Below are positions 38,487 through 49,137 of a stretch of 64,000 bases of DNA, piece by piece. Both the position numbers and the translations under genes were made by a program. Within the stretch, counting starts at the first letter, position 1, and each line of letters starts with the position of its first letter. This stretch comes from Prevotella sp. Its GTDB lineage: Bacteria > Bacteroidota > Bacteroidia > Bacteroidales > Dysgonomonadaceae. The stretch lies in the NCBI GenBank assembly GCA_031285625.1, contig JAITVV010000081.1, positions 1-64,000 of the forward strand. Reading direction: 5' to 3'. The notes under the pieces were generated by a model, which saw only the letters and a list, made by a program, of their open reading frames with translations, made no database searches and was not told the DNA's origin.

Positions 38487-40007
38487 ATGCACGAGAAAAT
38501 CATTATCCTCGATTTCGGGTCACAAACCACCCAACTTATTGGTCGCAGAGTCAGAGAATTAAATGTCTATTGCGAAATTGTTCCTTATGATAAATTTCCT
38601 TTTGGAGATGAGTCTGTAAAAGGTGTTATCCTGTCAGGAAGTCCTTTTTCTGTAAACGATGCTGATGCATTTAAGCCTGACCTGACTCAGATAAGAGGTA
38701 AATATCCGGTATTGGGTATCTGTTATGGAGCACAATATTTGGCATATACATCAGGCGGCAAAGTTGAAAAAAGTGACACTCGGGAATACGGACGGGCGCA
38801 CCTGGCTAAAATAAATGCTTCGGAACCCCTATTTGATGGTATCCAGGAAGAAACACAGGTATGGATGTCACATGGGGATACAATCACCCTATTACCAGAC
38901 AGTTTTAAAGTAATAGCAAGTACTACCGATGTAGCTGTTGCAGCATACAAAATAGAAGGAGAACCTACCTGGGCGGTACAGTTCCACCCTGAAGTGTTTC
39001 ACACGACAGACGGGACACGTCTACTCAGTAACTTCCTGAATATATGCAAAATGAAACGCGACTGGTCACCTGCATCATTCATTGATACTACCGTAGCAGA
39101 GTTGAAAATGCAATTAGGTGACGACAAAGTTATACTAGCTCTTTCGGGAGGAGTAGACTCGTCCGTTACTGCAGTTTTATTAAACAGAGCCATTGGTAAA
39201 AATCTAACCTGTGTATTTGTTGATCATGGATTACTTCGCAAAAATGAATTTGAGAATGTACTGAAAGACTATGAACATCTTGGGTTGAATGTAATTGGAG
39301 TAAATGCCAAGGAACGGTTTTACAAAGCGTTAGCAGGAGTAACAGACCCTGAGCAAAAACGTAAGATCATAGGAAAAGGCTTTATTGATGTATTTGATGA
39401 AGAAGCGCACAAGCTAAAAGACATAAAATGGCTGGGGCAGGGAACTATCTATCCCGATATTATTGAGTCGTTATCCATCACAGGACATGTAATCAAATCA
39501 CACCACAATGTAGGTGGTCTACCTGAGAAAATGAATCTGAAACTGGTAGAGCCTCTGCGTCTGCTGTTCAAAGATGAAGTTCGACGTGTCGGGCTCGAGC
39601 TAGGCATGAAAGAAACACTTATAAAACGCCATCCATTCCCAGGTCCCGGGTTAGGAATCCGGATACTTGGAGATATTACTCCCGAAAAAGTGGAAATAGC
39701 TCAGAATGCGGATGATATCTACATTCGTATGCTCCGCGAATACGGGTTCTATGATAAAGTATGGCAGGCAGGTGCAATACTGTTGCCTATTCGCTCGGTA
39801 GGGGTAATGGGTGACGAGCGTACTTATGAAAATACTGTGGCTTTACGTGCAGTAACTTCAACAGATGCTATGACTGCAGACTGGGCACACCTGCCTTACG
39901 AGTTTCTTGCAAAAGTATCAAATGAGATCATCAATAAGGTGAAAGGAGTAAACCGTGTAGTTTACGATATATCTTCGAAACCGCCTGCTACCATAGAGTG
40001 GGAATGA
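38487..40007 (+). CDS. guaA: GMP synthase (glutamine-hydrolysing)
   Basis: [39 protein letters not shown]. Confidence 0.97.
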   Translation: MHEKIIILDFGSQTTQLIGRRVRELNVYCEIVPYDKFPFGDESVKGVILSGSPFSVNDADAFKPDLTQIRGKYPVLGICYGAQYLAYTSGGKVEKSDTREYGRAHLAKINASEPLFDGIQEETQVWMSHGDTITLLPDSFKVIASTTDVAVAAYKIEGEPTWAVQFHPEVFHTTDGTRLLSNFLNICKMKRDWSPASFIDTTVAELKMQLGDDKVILALSGGVDSSVTAVLLNRAIGKNLTCVFVDHGLLRKNEFENVLKDYEHLGLNVIGVNAKERFYKALAGVTDPEQKRKIIGKGFIDVFDEEAHKLKDIKWLGQGTIYPDIIESLSITGHVIKSHHNVGGLPEKMNLKLVEPLRLLFKDEVRRVGLELGMKETLIKRHPFPGPGLGIRILGDITPEKVEIAQNADDIYIRMLREYGFYDKVWQAGAILLPIRSVGVMGDERTYENTVALRAVTSTDAMTADWAHLPYEFLAKVSNEIINKVKGVNRVVYDISSKPPATIEWE

Positions 40008-40015
40008 TCATAAAT

Positions 40016-40045
40016 AAAAAAGTATCCCAGTTGGGATACTTTTTT
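40016..40045. terminator. Bidirectional intrinsic terminator
   Basis: aaaaaagtatccca-gt-tgggatactttttt. Confidence 0.85.
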
Positions 40046-40505
40046 ATTTATACCAATCAGGCCTATTATATTCCTCAGTCCAAAAGAGGGCACCTTGCCC
40101 CCAAACAGATTCCTCATCTTTTAGTTGCCAGACAATACCGTCATAGATATTAAAGCTGCTGCCATATTTATCAATTCGCGGTCCCGAATAATTATATGCA
40201 ATACCATCACAGGTAACAATCTGTAGTAACTGTGCCCGCTCTGCCCTGTCTTCATCAGCAGCACTCAATCTTGAATGTAGCGATAGCATTTCCTCTAGGG
40301 TGTATTTGAAGCAGGATAAAGCATACTTATTTGCGTAAATAAAGTGAGGATCTGCGTTTGCATTATGAGCCAATATACTATAGGGGGCTTCTTCATCAAG
40401 CCATTGATAGCGGTCTGTGATATCATGAGGAGTAGGCAGCCTTTTTCCACTCAATTTGTAAAAGCAATCGTCAATCTGTCTAATTAGAAGTGATTTTTCT
40501 TCCAT
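40044..40505 (-). CDS. Stand-alone MEKHLA (PAS-like) domain protein
   Basis: APYSILAH-x4-DP-x-F-x-YAN, SRLSA-x5-ER-x2-LL, YSGPRIDK-x-G, GQGA-x-F. Confidence 0.85.
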   Translation of the reverse strand: MEEKSLLIRQIDDCFYKLSGKRLPTPHDITDRYQWLDEEAPYSILAHNANADPHFIYANKYALSCFKYTLEEMLSLHSRLSAADEDRAERAQLLQIVTCDGIAYNYSGPRIDKYGSSFNIYDGIVWQLKDEESVWGQGALFWTEEYNRPDWYK

Positions 40506-40514
40506 AATATTCTT

Positions 40515-42227
40515 CTATAAATTTCGAAGCCGTGGGTTAGCCCCTAATAGCTGATGTGGATCAACAGCCACTTCAATAAGCAATGAGCGACATGAGCGAC
40601 TTCTCTTTTTTACCAATAATTCATTAAAATTAGAAAGATCCGGATTAAGTTTCTCGGCATCCCAACCATAAGCTCTAGCTATGGAGCAATAATCAACCGG
40701 CTTCAGAGCAGAATGATATCTTTCTTCTGGTACATCCGGAAGGATCTTTATCAAACCTTGTTCTACAATTGATAACGTTTCATTATTTAGTAAAAAGACA
40801 ACCAGACCAAGATCAGACACCTCTCCTAAAGAACCGGAAAAAAGACGAAAACACCCATCTCCCGTAAATAGGAATACCGGTTGCTCGGGCTTGGAGAGTT
40901 TGGCCCCCACAGCAACACCAAATGCGCCTCCCATTGCTGAACCCCTATAAAGAGAGTAAAAATGGATATTATTGTTAGGCCTTTGTGTTACATATTGCCG
41001 GTCTTTATATGACAGGCATACATCATCAAATCCAATGGAACCTGCCGGCCACCATTTGTCAAGTTGTTGATATAACTTAACCATATCAACATAACCTTTG
41101 CCCGGAATGGGAAATGAACTATTATTTAAATCCTCGGGAGCAGGCTCTACAGGTATATTTGCAAAAGGTTGTTGCTTAGCAGTATCTATCAGGCTCCTTA
41201 ATACCATATCAATGGCACCATGCATATGATAGTATTTACCTTTTGCAATATGAAACAAGCTATTCTTTACCAACCCGTAAGCTTTTGGTATATTACCCAC
41301 AAAGAAAGTATGTGAGGCCGTAAATAAATTCAGATTGACGGTATATTCGTCAGGACAAGCACCAAGTACCATCAGGACATCATCATCCCCCAATGAATCA
41401 TACATATTCAAAGCTTTATCATTTCCTCCAAAAGCAATATATCCATATCCATAAGGATTGTCTCGGCTAACAGCATTCGCTCCGTTTATACTCCATATAA
41501 CGGCAGCTTGGAATTGTTTACTAAATGCGCTGGTTAACTCCAAAGCATCAGTATAGCGAGCCATCTCCTCTCCAACAAGGATCACCAAACGTTTTCCATC
41601 AATAGCCTGGCGGAATATTGCTGTAAAATCATCAAAACGACCGTTTTCCACTGTATAAGGAGCAACTGCTGGTATAGCCGGCACTTCATCAACTGTTATA
41701 TTAAGCGATTCATTCACCAAAACAAAAACAACAGGTTTTGAATTATCCAATAAAGCCTTTGCCAATGCCAGCTGTTCAGCTAATATAGATGGATCATCAA
41801 GAACAAATACAGAATTAGGGAGTTCTGCCCGTAACTGTTCTATCATGTTACTCCCATAGATTGAAGTATCCTGAAGAGGAGAACATCCCAGTGTATTTTT
41901 AGCCGAGACAGGCACTATGTATACTGCAGGTATGTCATGTAGTTTAGCATCACTAAGGCCACAAGCCAGAAGTTTAGTGGCAGCGCCTGTCGTCGCAACA
42001 GCTGCTGCTATTTTTCCACTTGCCAGATAATATCCCAACGGAACAAAACCGGCATTATACTCACCAAATGTAAAGAATTCCGGTTTACCGGAAGATGTAT
42101 CATGCAAGGTATCGAGATATTTGAGGTAATGAATAACTCCCCCTCCCGTTACACCTGTATACAATGTTATCCCCCAACTTTTAAGTGTATCTATCAAAAA
42201 TTGATAATAATCATATTTTTCAGCCAT
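40515..42227 (-). CDS. Thiamine diphosphate-dependent enzyme (acetolactate synthase-like superfamily, divergent)
   Basis: Conserved Glu (GEYNAGF), GSAMG, GDG-x24-NN ThDP motif. Confidence 0.85.
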   Translation of the reverse strand: MAEKYDYYQFLIDTLKSWGITLYTGVTGGGVIHYLKYLDTLHDTSSGKPEFFTFGEYNAGFVPLGYYLASGKIAAAVATTGAATKLLACGLSDAKLHDIPAVYIVPVSAKNTLGCSPLQDTSIYGSNMIEQLRAELPNSVFVLDDPSILAEQLALAKALLDNSKPVVFVLVNESLNITVDEVPAIPAVAPYTVENGRFDDFTAIFRQAIDGKRLVILVGEEMARYTDALELTSAFSKQFQAAVIWSINGANAVSRDNPYGYGYIAFGGNDKALNMYDSLGDDDVLMVLGACPDEYTVNLNLFTASHTFFVGNIPKAYGLVKNSLFHIAKGKYYHMHGAIDMVLRSLIDTAKQQPFANIPVEPAPEDLNNSSFPIPGKGYVDMVKLYQQLDKWWPAGSIGFDDVCLSYKDRQYVTQRPNNNIHFYSLYRGSAMGGAFGVAVGAKLSKPEQPVFLFTGDGCFRLFSGSLGEVSDLGLVVFLLNNETLSIVEQGLIKILPDVPEERYHSALKPVDYCSIARAYGWDAEKLNPDLSNFNELLVKKRSRSCRSLLIEVAVDPHQLLGANPRLRNL

Positions 42228-42435
42228 ATTTTTCTTTATTAAAGTTATTAAGGCAATCAGTCATGAAAAAAACTGACATCCTCAGAAGAACAGCCATAAG
42301 GGCAATAGGTTCAAGCCTTTAATAAAGGTTTAGTTAATATAGGTTCTTTAAAAAGAAAATAAGGTTTCTCTTAAAACCTTTACTGTGGTTTTGTATTTAT
42401 TTAATAATTACCTTTGAAAAATAAATTTTAGAAAG

Positions 42436-43014
42436 ATGGAAGATATTATAAACAAACGTTGTGGCTGGGCTGGAACCGACGAGTTATATGTGAAATATCA
42501 TGATGAAGAATGGGGACAATTGGTAAACGATGATAAAACTTTATTCGAATTTCTTGTTTTGGAAAGCGCTCAGGCCGGATTGTCATGGATTACGATTCTT
42601 CGAAAACGCGAAGGATACAGAAAAGCCTTTTACAATTTTGACGTTGAAAAAGTAGCTGGGATGACTCCGAATGATATCGAGAGACTGATGAAGTTTGACG
42701 GAATTGTAAAGAACCGGCTAAAGATTGCATCCACCATTACGAATGCTCAATATTTTATCGCGATTCAAAAGGAATTCGGCAGTTTCTATAATTATACATT
42801 ATCATTCTTTCCTAAACAGCAACCGGTCAAGAATAACTTCAAATCGTTAAGTGAGGTTCCCGCCTCGTCTCCTGAATCAGATGCAATGAGTAAGGATATG
42901 AAAAAACGAGGATTTAAATTTTTTGGCTCCACTATTTGTTATGCTTATATGCAGGCTGCAGGGTTTGTGAATGATCATTTGGATAGTTGTTTCTGTAGAG
43001 AAAAGAAAATATAA
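42436..43014 (+). CDS. tag: DNA-3-methyladenine glycosylase I
   Basis: RCGW, YHDEEWG, LESAQAGLSW, NDH-x3-C. Confidence 0.95.
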   Translation: MEDIINKRCGWAGTDELYVKYHDEEWGQLVNDDKTLFEFLVLESAQAGLSWITILRKREGYRKAFYNFDVEKVAGMTPNDIERLMKFDGIVKNRLKIASTITNAQYFIAIQKEFGSFYNYTLSFFPKQQPVKNNFKSLSEVPASSPESDAMSKDMKKRGFKFFGSTICYAYMQAAGFVNDHLDSCFCREKKI

Positions 43015-43020
43015 ACATAT

Positions 43021-43052
43021 AAAAAGAGATGTCCGACTGGACATCTCTTTTT
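43021..43052. terminator. Bidirectional intrinsic terminator
   Basis: aaaaagagatgtcc-gact-ggacatctcttttt. Confidence 0.85.
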
Positions 43053-43068
43053 ATATAACTAACTGATT

Positions 43069-43425
43069 CTAGTTTTTACCTCTTATTTCGGAGAGGACAG
43101 CATTTAATTTTGCATCTTCACACTTAATCTCTTTCAGTTTATCTTTACCTTCATTTGTAATACAGAAATACATTTGCCGTTTATCGCCCTCTCCAAGCAT
43201 TCTTTTTATAAAACCTTTATCTTCTACCGACTTGATCACTTTCGAAGCGTTAGAGTTCGTTAAACCGAGCATATCGGCTATTTCTCCGGAGGAGTGCTTG
43301 CCTTCCTTCAAACTACAGAGAAGCATACCCTCATTTAAAGAAAGATCATGTTCCTTTTGGAAATCCAGTTCAAAGTTTCTGATTGAACGGTATATATCCC
43401 TGATTGAGCATAATGTTTCTTCCAT
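43069..43425 (-). CDS. MarR-family transcriptional regulator
   Basis: Winged HTH with DKRQMYFCITNEG wing. Confidence 0.85.
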   Translation of the reverse strand: MEETLCSIRDIYRSIRNFELDFQKEHDLSLNEGMLLCSLKEGKHSSGEIADMLGLTNSNASKVIKSVEDKGFIKRMLGEGDKRQMYFCITNEGKDKLKEIKCEDAKLNAVLSEIRGKN

Positions 43426-43429
43426 TCTC

Positions 43430-43900
43430 TTATTTTTTATTTAATAGAACTTTATCAATAGCTTCCTTTAGTGTTGGTTTAGGTAATGCACCCTGAGCCA
43501 TTTGCGGAGTACCTTCCATTGGCACAAACAGCAAACTAGGTATACTTCTTATACCAAATACAGCGGCAAGTTCCTGTTCTGCTTCAGTATCTATTTTATA
43601 GATGTAGATCTCTCCGTCATACTCTTTGGCAAGCTCTTCCAGTACCGGGGCCACAGCTTTACATGGCCCACACCAGTCCGCATAGAAGTCTATCAGTGCA
43701 GGTTTGTCACCCAGATATTTCCATTCGCTAGGATTGGCTTCATAGTTAGCTACTTTTTTTAAAAAATCGATTTTATTTAAATGTATTGTTTTCATTTTAC
43801 TCTCCTTTTTTACTGGTTCTGTTGTTTGTTTCTTTTTCGTTTGTCCACAAGCATTTAATGAAAGGCCTGCAATTAATAACAATAATAAAAATTGTTTCAT
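43430..43900 (-). CDS. trxA: Thioredoxin with lipoprotein signal
   Basis: WCGPC active site; LSLNAC lipobox. Confidence 0.9.
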   Translation of the reverse strand: MKQFLLLLLIAGLSLNACGQTKKKQTTEPVKKESKMKTIHLNKIDFLKKVANYEANPSEWKYLGDKPALIDFYADWCGPCKAVAPVLEELAKEYDGEIYIYKIDTEAEQELAAVFGIRSIPSLLFVPMEGTPQMAQGALPKPTLKEAIDKVLLNKK

Positions 43901-44055
43901 TCTTGGTTCGTATTATATTTTACCTGATTTTCATTTTTACCTTGCGGATTATCTATCTGACAATATCCTGTTATACAACACGAAACATTAAGCATCGCAA
44001 TAACAACAATAGCAAGATATTGTATAGTATACTTTCTAAGATACTTATTCTTCAT
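43897..44055 (-). CDS. Putative 52-aa Cys-rich small lipoprotein (absent from the ORF track)
   Basis: MKNKYLRKYTIQYLAIVVIAMLNVSCCITGYCQIDNPQGKNENQVKYNTNQE*; start overlaps the upstream gene end; stop overlaps the trxA start (ATGA). Confidence 0.6.
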   Translation of the reverse strand: MKNKYLRKYTIQYLAIVVIAMLNVSCCITGYCQIDNPQGKNENQVKYNTNQE

Positions 44056-44257
44056 TCCCGCCTTTTTTAAAAAAGCTGAGTAATAAACTACCCATAGCAG
44101 CTCCCCAGATAATACTCATTGTTGGCGATGCTGTTATCGGACAGGTACCACTTGAACATCCTATATAAAACCAATATAAATATCCTCCTATTCCGCCGAT
44201 AATGGCTCCCACCAGATATGTCCAGTTCTGTTTTAATATATTGATCATTCTATCCAC
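44045..44257 (-). CDS. DUF6132-like small membrane protein
   Basis: GGYLYW-x3-GCSSGTCPITASP motif, two TM segments. Confidence 0.8.
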   Translation of the reverse strand: MDRMINILKQNWTYLVGAIIGGIGGYLYWFYIGCSSGTCPITASPTMSIIWGAAMGSLLLSFFKKGGNEE

Positions 44258-44370
44258 AATATTTTTTTTAAATCAGAAACAAAAATATAATTTATTTTCC
44301 AATGGAACAAATTTCTATTGTAAATAAAATATAATATTTATTATTATACATAATCCAAAGGGAAAAAATA

Positions 44371-44398
44371 AGCCCGGCATATTTAAATATGCCGGGCT
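44371..44398 (-). terminator. Intrinsic terminator
   Basis: agcccggcatatt-ta-aatatgccgggct with T-tract on the minus strand. Confidence 0.8.
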
Positions 44399-44417
44399 AA
44401 ATATTCTATATCTTTTA

Positions 44418-45599
44418 TTAGAAGCCTAGTTTATTAGCTATACCTTTAGGCAAAGCAGCCTTATTTACCATGATATTTGTAGTCTTATATTTAACAAAAG
44501 CTTCGGATGCATACCAAATACCTTTATAGTTACCAGCCTCACCCCATGAGTTTTTTACAAGATAATATTTAGTACCGTTTTGGTCTTTTACAATACCGTA
44601 AATTTGCATTCCGTGGTCATCTGTGGTTTCCTGATTATCAAAAGCTATTTGCCGCATTTCCTGAGTGATAGTTTTTTCTTTCACCGGGCCTTGGTCAACC
44701 ATTGCTTTCATACGATTGTTTTTCTCATTACGTGATAGACCTAACCAATGTGCCTGATCTGAACCCACGTTTTCAGGAGCTTCATCATCCGGAATAACAG
44801 CAATACCATTACGTGTAAAGCCTATTTCACTCACGTCTGTTGCCCAAGCGACTGTATACCCGTTGTTGATTGCATTATCTATTATCTGTATCATTTCGTC
44901 TACAGGCACGTTGTATGACAATGCCCAACGCCAGTTGTCTGGAATTTCAAGTGCAAAAGGAGCATAGAAAGGATGATGCGTAAAGGAAGTAACTGATACA
45001 TAATTCTTACTATCCAATCCCAAAGACTGAGCTAAAGACTGTGGAGTATAAGTTTTTCCCTGATATTGAAAATCTTTTGGTATAGCTCCAAAATAAGCAT
45101 CCAAAGCCCCATTGAAACCGATAGCCCAGACAGGAGAGATACGTCTGTTCTTATTAGCCGAAATACCTTTTACATATCCACTAAGAGCAGCTTCTACTTC
45201 TCCATGGTTGTGCAATGTTTCACCATAATTAAGTCCTGCATAGGTATCATTAGGGATAACACCATATTCATTCAGGGTCTCTACCACATCTGCAAATGCT
45301 CCTCCCTGTGCAAAATTCAGGTTTCCTCCTACTCTTACATATTTATCTGCTTTATCTGCATAGTTGCGACGAACAATATACATTTCCGACAGGTCATGCT
45401 CCCCTTTGTTCATCCTCAATAGTTCCGATTCAAGGAATGCTACTCCAGAGAAACTCCAGCACGTACCACTATTTCCCTGATTTTTGATAGAAGTGATTGG
45501 ATTCTCTTTAACAACTGTAAATTGATAACCTGCATTATCCTGAGCATATATGCTTAATGTAATGAGCAGGAATAAAGGTAGAATGAATAATTTTTTCAT
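44418..45599 (-). CDS. C1-family cysteine aminopeptidase (PepC/bleomycin hydrolase-like), exported
   Basis: QGNSGTCWSF, DDHGM, KNSWG catalytic motifs; signal peptide. Confidence 0.9.
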   Translation of the reverse strand: MKKLFILPLFLLITLSIYAQDNAGYQFTVVKENPITSIKNQGNSGTCWSFSGVAFLESELLRMNKGEHDLSEMYIVRRNYADKADKYVRVGGNLNFAQGGAFADVVETLNEYGVIPNDTYAGLNYGETLHNHGEVEAALSGYVKGISANKNRRISPVWAIGFNGALDAYFGAIPKDFQYQGKTYTPQSLAQSLGLDSKNYVSVTSFTHHPFYAPFALEIPDNWRWALSYNVPVDEMIQIIDNAINNGYTVAWATDVSEIGFTRNGIAVIPDDEAPENVGSDQAHWLGLSRNEKNNRMKAMVDQGPVKEKTITQEMRQIAFDNQETTDDHGMQIYGIVKDQNGTKYYLVKNSWGEAGNYKGIWYASEAFVKYKTTNIMVNKAALPKGIANKLGF

Positions 45600-45642
45600 A
45601 TACGTTTAATGATTGGTTTTTATGATTTAAGTTTTACTCTAT

Positions 45643-47739
45643 TTACATTGAATCTTTCTCCGGTGTAGCTTCCACATCCTTTTTCAACTCCGGATATGCA
45701 ACACGTAAGTGGCGCATGCTTACCAGCTTCTCACAAAAGACCTCTTTCACCAGTTCTATATCTTTAAAGGTTATAGGTGCATTCTTGAACAGTCCATCGC
45801 TCAGCTGTGTATCTATCAACCGGTTTACAAGTTCTGTTATGGCTTCTTTGCTATTATCTTTCAGACTTCTTGAGGCGGCTTCAACCGTGTCTGCCATCAT
45901 CAAGATAGCTGTTTCGCGGGTAAAAGGATTTGGGCCGGGATAAGTGAAATCAGCTTCATCGACCTCCTCTTCAGGATGATTATTTACATAAGAATTGTAG
46001 AAATATTTAGCCTTACCTTTTCCATGATGTGTTTCTATAAAATCAATAATCTGCTGTGGCAAGTTATTCTTTTTGGCAATACGGACACCCTCAGCTACAT
46101 GATCGATAATGATACGTGCACTTTCTTTTTCAGTAAGTCCGGCATGAGGATCTATGCCTTCCATCTGATTTTCGGTAAAGAATATAGGATTCACCATTTT
46201 ACCGATATCATGGTACAGAGCACCGGTACGTACAAGGGTAGCATTTGCCCCAATACGATGCGCTGCCGATACAACAAGGGTAGATACCTGCATTGAGTGC
46301 TGGAATGTACCCGGAGCCACTTCTGACAGCTGCTGAAGCAAAGGCCTGTTAGTATTGGATAATTCGATCATGCTCACTTCCGACATAAAACCAAAAACCC
46401 TTTCGCAGATATAGACCAAAAGATATGCAAATGTGACAAATACAAAATTGATACAGAAATAAATATATAATCTTGAATTTTCTTTTATCAATGAAATATC
46501 ACCTTCTGTACACAATATCCATCCTGTAAATGTCACAAAATACGTAGCGAGTATAAATAAAGCACAATATATCAGCTGCGAACGTTCAGATAAATTGCGA
46601 AGGCTATAAATACACATATAGCCCACAAGAATCTGAACTACTATAAACTGAGCCATTTGAGCCAGAGGAAGCATCAAAGAACAAATGAGCACAGTGACAA
46701 CATGGGTGGTAACAGCTGTACGCGAATCTATAAATGTACGGATAAGGATCGTTGGTATGGCAAAAGGGATCACATACATCAGTGTAAACAACTTTGAGTC
46801 TGCCATTATTCCGGTGATAATCGGAAAGATCATTACCATCAATAATATAAAGACAATGCTTTTCTTATCCTTGTATTCTTTAATACGATAAAACTTCAGG
46901 TAAACCATCAAGGTCATAATGAGAAGCGTTATCATGATCAGTTCACCAAAAATAAGCCACCCTGGTTTCGATTTCGTTCCTACTTTTCCTTCTGCTTCCT
47001 TACTATATGAGTCCAGGATATTTTTTAACCTAGCATCAACAATCTCCCCGCGGTCAATGATCTTTTCACCATACTGAATTTCACCTTCATATAATGATAC
47101 CTGCTGTAACAGATCATTCTTCATATTCGAAGAAGTCTTTTCATCAGACATTATATTAGGATTGAGATAATCATTCAGATTTATGGATTTAAGGTGAGCT
47201 ATATCAATATGAGCAGGGGCATCATCAATTATCTTTTCGTATGCCTGACGCGGAGTATAGAAAGAAGCTATATGCTTGGCCGAGGCAATATTATTGCCAT
47301 TTTCGCTTCTCAGCAACAGCTGCTTCTTAGTTAATTGCTGGATACGATCATAATTTTCTGCTGAGATAATACCTGCTTTGTAAATCTCTGTAAATTTCCG
47401 GTTTATATAGCTGATGTAATCATCCGGAATACTTTTTGCACGGGCATCCTGAGTGAATTGTGTAGACGATTTTTTTGCTATCGTTCCGTCTACCATATAG
47501 TATGGCAGAAAAGATTGCATGATGCTATCTTTTTCCTGCTTTATCTGTGCATCCGATTTATGAATATGGAACTTGAACGGGGCTGTAAGTAAACCATATT
47601 GCCATGGTTTATTTTCATCATAACTGTATTTATATTTCCCCTCGCGAGGTAAAAAATACATAATGATTAAAATTGCAGCTATGAAGAATACGAATGTAGG
47701 TACTTTGACCTTGCCTATAAATTTGTCGATTTTTGCCAT
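45643..47739 (-). CDS. 7TM-HDIG phosphohydrolase (PgpH-like)
   Basis: Extracytoplasmic domain, 7 TM segments, APGTFQHS, YHDIGK, HHG, ADTVEAASRS. Confidence 0.9.
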   Translation of the reverse strand: MAKIDKFIGKVKVPTFVFFIAAILIIMYFLPREGKYKYSYDENKPWQYGLLTAPFKFHIHKSDAQIKQEKDSIMQSFLPYYMVDGTIAKKSSTQFTQDARAKSIPDDYISYINRKFTEIYKAGIISAENYDRIQQLTKKQLLLRSENGNNIASAKHIASFYTPRQAYEKIIDDAPAHIDIAHLKSINLNDYLNPNIMSDEKTSSNMKNDLLQQVSLYEGEIQYGEKIIDRGEIVDARLKNILDSYSKEAEGKVGTKSKPGWLIFGELIMITLLIMTLMVYLKFYRIKEYKDKKSIVFILLMVMIFPIITGIMADSKLFTLMYVIPFAIPTILIRTFIDSRTAVTTHVVTVLICSLMLPLAQMAQFIVVQILVGYMCIYSLRNLSERSQLIYCALFILATYFVTFTGWILCTEGDISLIKENSRLYIYFCINFVFVTFAYLLVYICERVFGFMSEVSMIELSNTNRPLLQQLSEVAPGTFQHSMQVSTLVVSAAHRIGANATLVRTGALYHDIGKMVNPIFFTENQMEGIDPHAGLTEKESARIIIDHVAEGVRIAKKNNLPQQIIDFIETHHGKGKAKYFYNSYVNNHPEEEVDEADFTYPGPNPFTRETAILMMADTVEAASRSLKDNSKEAITELVNRLIDTQLSDGLFKNAPITFKDIELVKEVFCEKLVSMRHLRVAYPELKKDVEATPEKDSM

Positions 47740-47814
47740 AATCCATTATGGTTTAGAATACAAATCTACAAGTTTATTTTTTATTTGAAGAAAAATAGAG
47801 ATTAAAAGGGGAGT

Positions 47815-49056
47815 TTATAAGCCTAAAACCGCCATCACCCGCTGAACTACTCCGGCATTTGACCGCACATAATTACCGGCATGCAGGCCAGCCGCATCAA
47901 GTGACTCTTTGTATTGAAGAAATTCGTCCATGAGTCCTCTGAAAGACTGATAGTCTGAAATAGAGTATCCCCCTCCCTGTTCTATAAGCTGTTGTGCTTC
48001 ACGAAACTTTTTAAAATTAGGGCCGAATATAACAGGAATATCGTATACGGCAGCCTCTAAAACATTGTGTATGCCTACCCCAAAACCACCACCTACATAG
48101 GCCAGTTGCCCGTATCTGTATAGTGAAGAAAGCAGCCCGAAATTATCGATTATCAAACAATCATAATCACCCATCATTTCAGGGATTGCTCTAGAATAGC
48201 GGATATGTGGGCGTTGCAGATTACTTTCGATATATTTTAAATGAGCCTCATCGATTTCGTGAGGTGCAATTATTAGTTTTAGATCTGTTGTAATATTAAA
48301 ATAAGGGATAAGGATATCTTCATCTTTAGGCCATGTACTTCCGGCTATAAATATTTGTTCGTTTTCCATTTTTGCTTTTTTCTCAAAAGCTTCGGCAACA
48401 GGCAATTGTTTTGCTTGTTCCTGTATATCCAGAACTCTATCGAAACGGGTATCGCCACATACTTCCACATTGGTAATATTGATACCTGCTAATAATTTGG
48501 CTGAACTGCTATCCTGAACGCAAATAGATTCATATCTCCTCAGTAATTTTCGCATATCACTGCCATACCATTTGAAGAATATCTGCGAAGGGCGAAAAAT
48601 AGCTGACACCATATAAACAGGTATATTCTTCTTGTACAAACGGTTTACGAAGTTATACCAGAACTCATATTTTATAAAGATAGCCATTTTAGGCTCAACT
48701 AATTTCAGAAATTTCTTAACATTTCGCTTTTTATCAAACGGAAGGTAACAAATAACATCTGCTAAAGGATAATCTTTTCTGACCTCATATCCTGAAGGAG
48801 AGAAGAAAGTAAGTAATATTTTATATTCGGGATGTCTCCGCTTCACTTCTTCCATGATTGGCCTTCCTTGCTCAAATTCGCCCAAAGATGCGGCATGGAA
48901 CCAGATATATTCAGCGTCCTTTTCTATTTTTTGTTTTAAAATTTTATAGGTCTGTTTATGACCAACGATCATTTTTCTTGCTTTCTTATGGAAAGGTGAA
49001 ACGATACGAACCGCAAGGGCGTATAAGTATATAGCAAGATTATAAAAAAACAGCAT
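47815..49056 (-). CDS. waaA: 3-deoxy-D-manno-octulosonic acid transferase
   Basis: WFHAASLGE, GDTRFD, AGST, HNVLEAA, GPN. Confidence 0.92.
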   Translation of the reverse strand: MLFFYNLAIYLYALAVRIVSPFHKKARKMIVGHKQTYKILKQKIEKDAEYIWFHAASLGEFEQGRPIMEEVKRRHPEYKILLTFFSPSGYEVRKDYPLADVICYLPFDKKRNVKKFLKLVEPKMAIFIKYEFWYNFVNRLYKKNIPVYMVSAIFRPSQIFFKWYGSDMRKLLRRYESICVQDSSSAKLLAGINITNVEVCGDTRFDRVLDIQEQAKQLPVAEAFEKKAKMENEQIFIAGSTWPKDEDILIPYFNITTDLKLIIAPHEIDEAHLKYIESNLQRPHIRYSRAIPEMMGDYDCLIIDNFGLLSSLYRYGQLAYVGGGFGVGIHNVLEAAVYDIPVIFGPNFKKFREAQQLIEQGGGYSISDYQSFRGLMDEFLQYKESLDAAGLHAGNYVRSNAGVVQRVMAVLGL

Positions 49057-49137
49057 TCCTTACAATTTAAGGTCGCAGACCTATTTATTACTTTTGTATG
49101 TATAACAACTATAGCTAGTTGCGTTAAATACTTTCTT

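Noticed and set aside
42221-42298. Possible 25-aa leader ORF (MAVLLRMSVFF...) overlapping the ThDP gene start
   Set aside because: No clear regulatory codon run or attenuator structure; cannot be told from chance.
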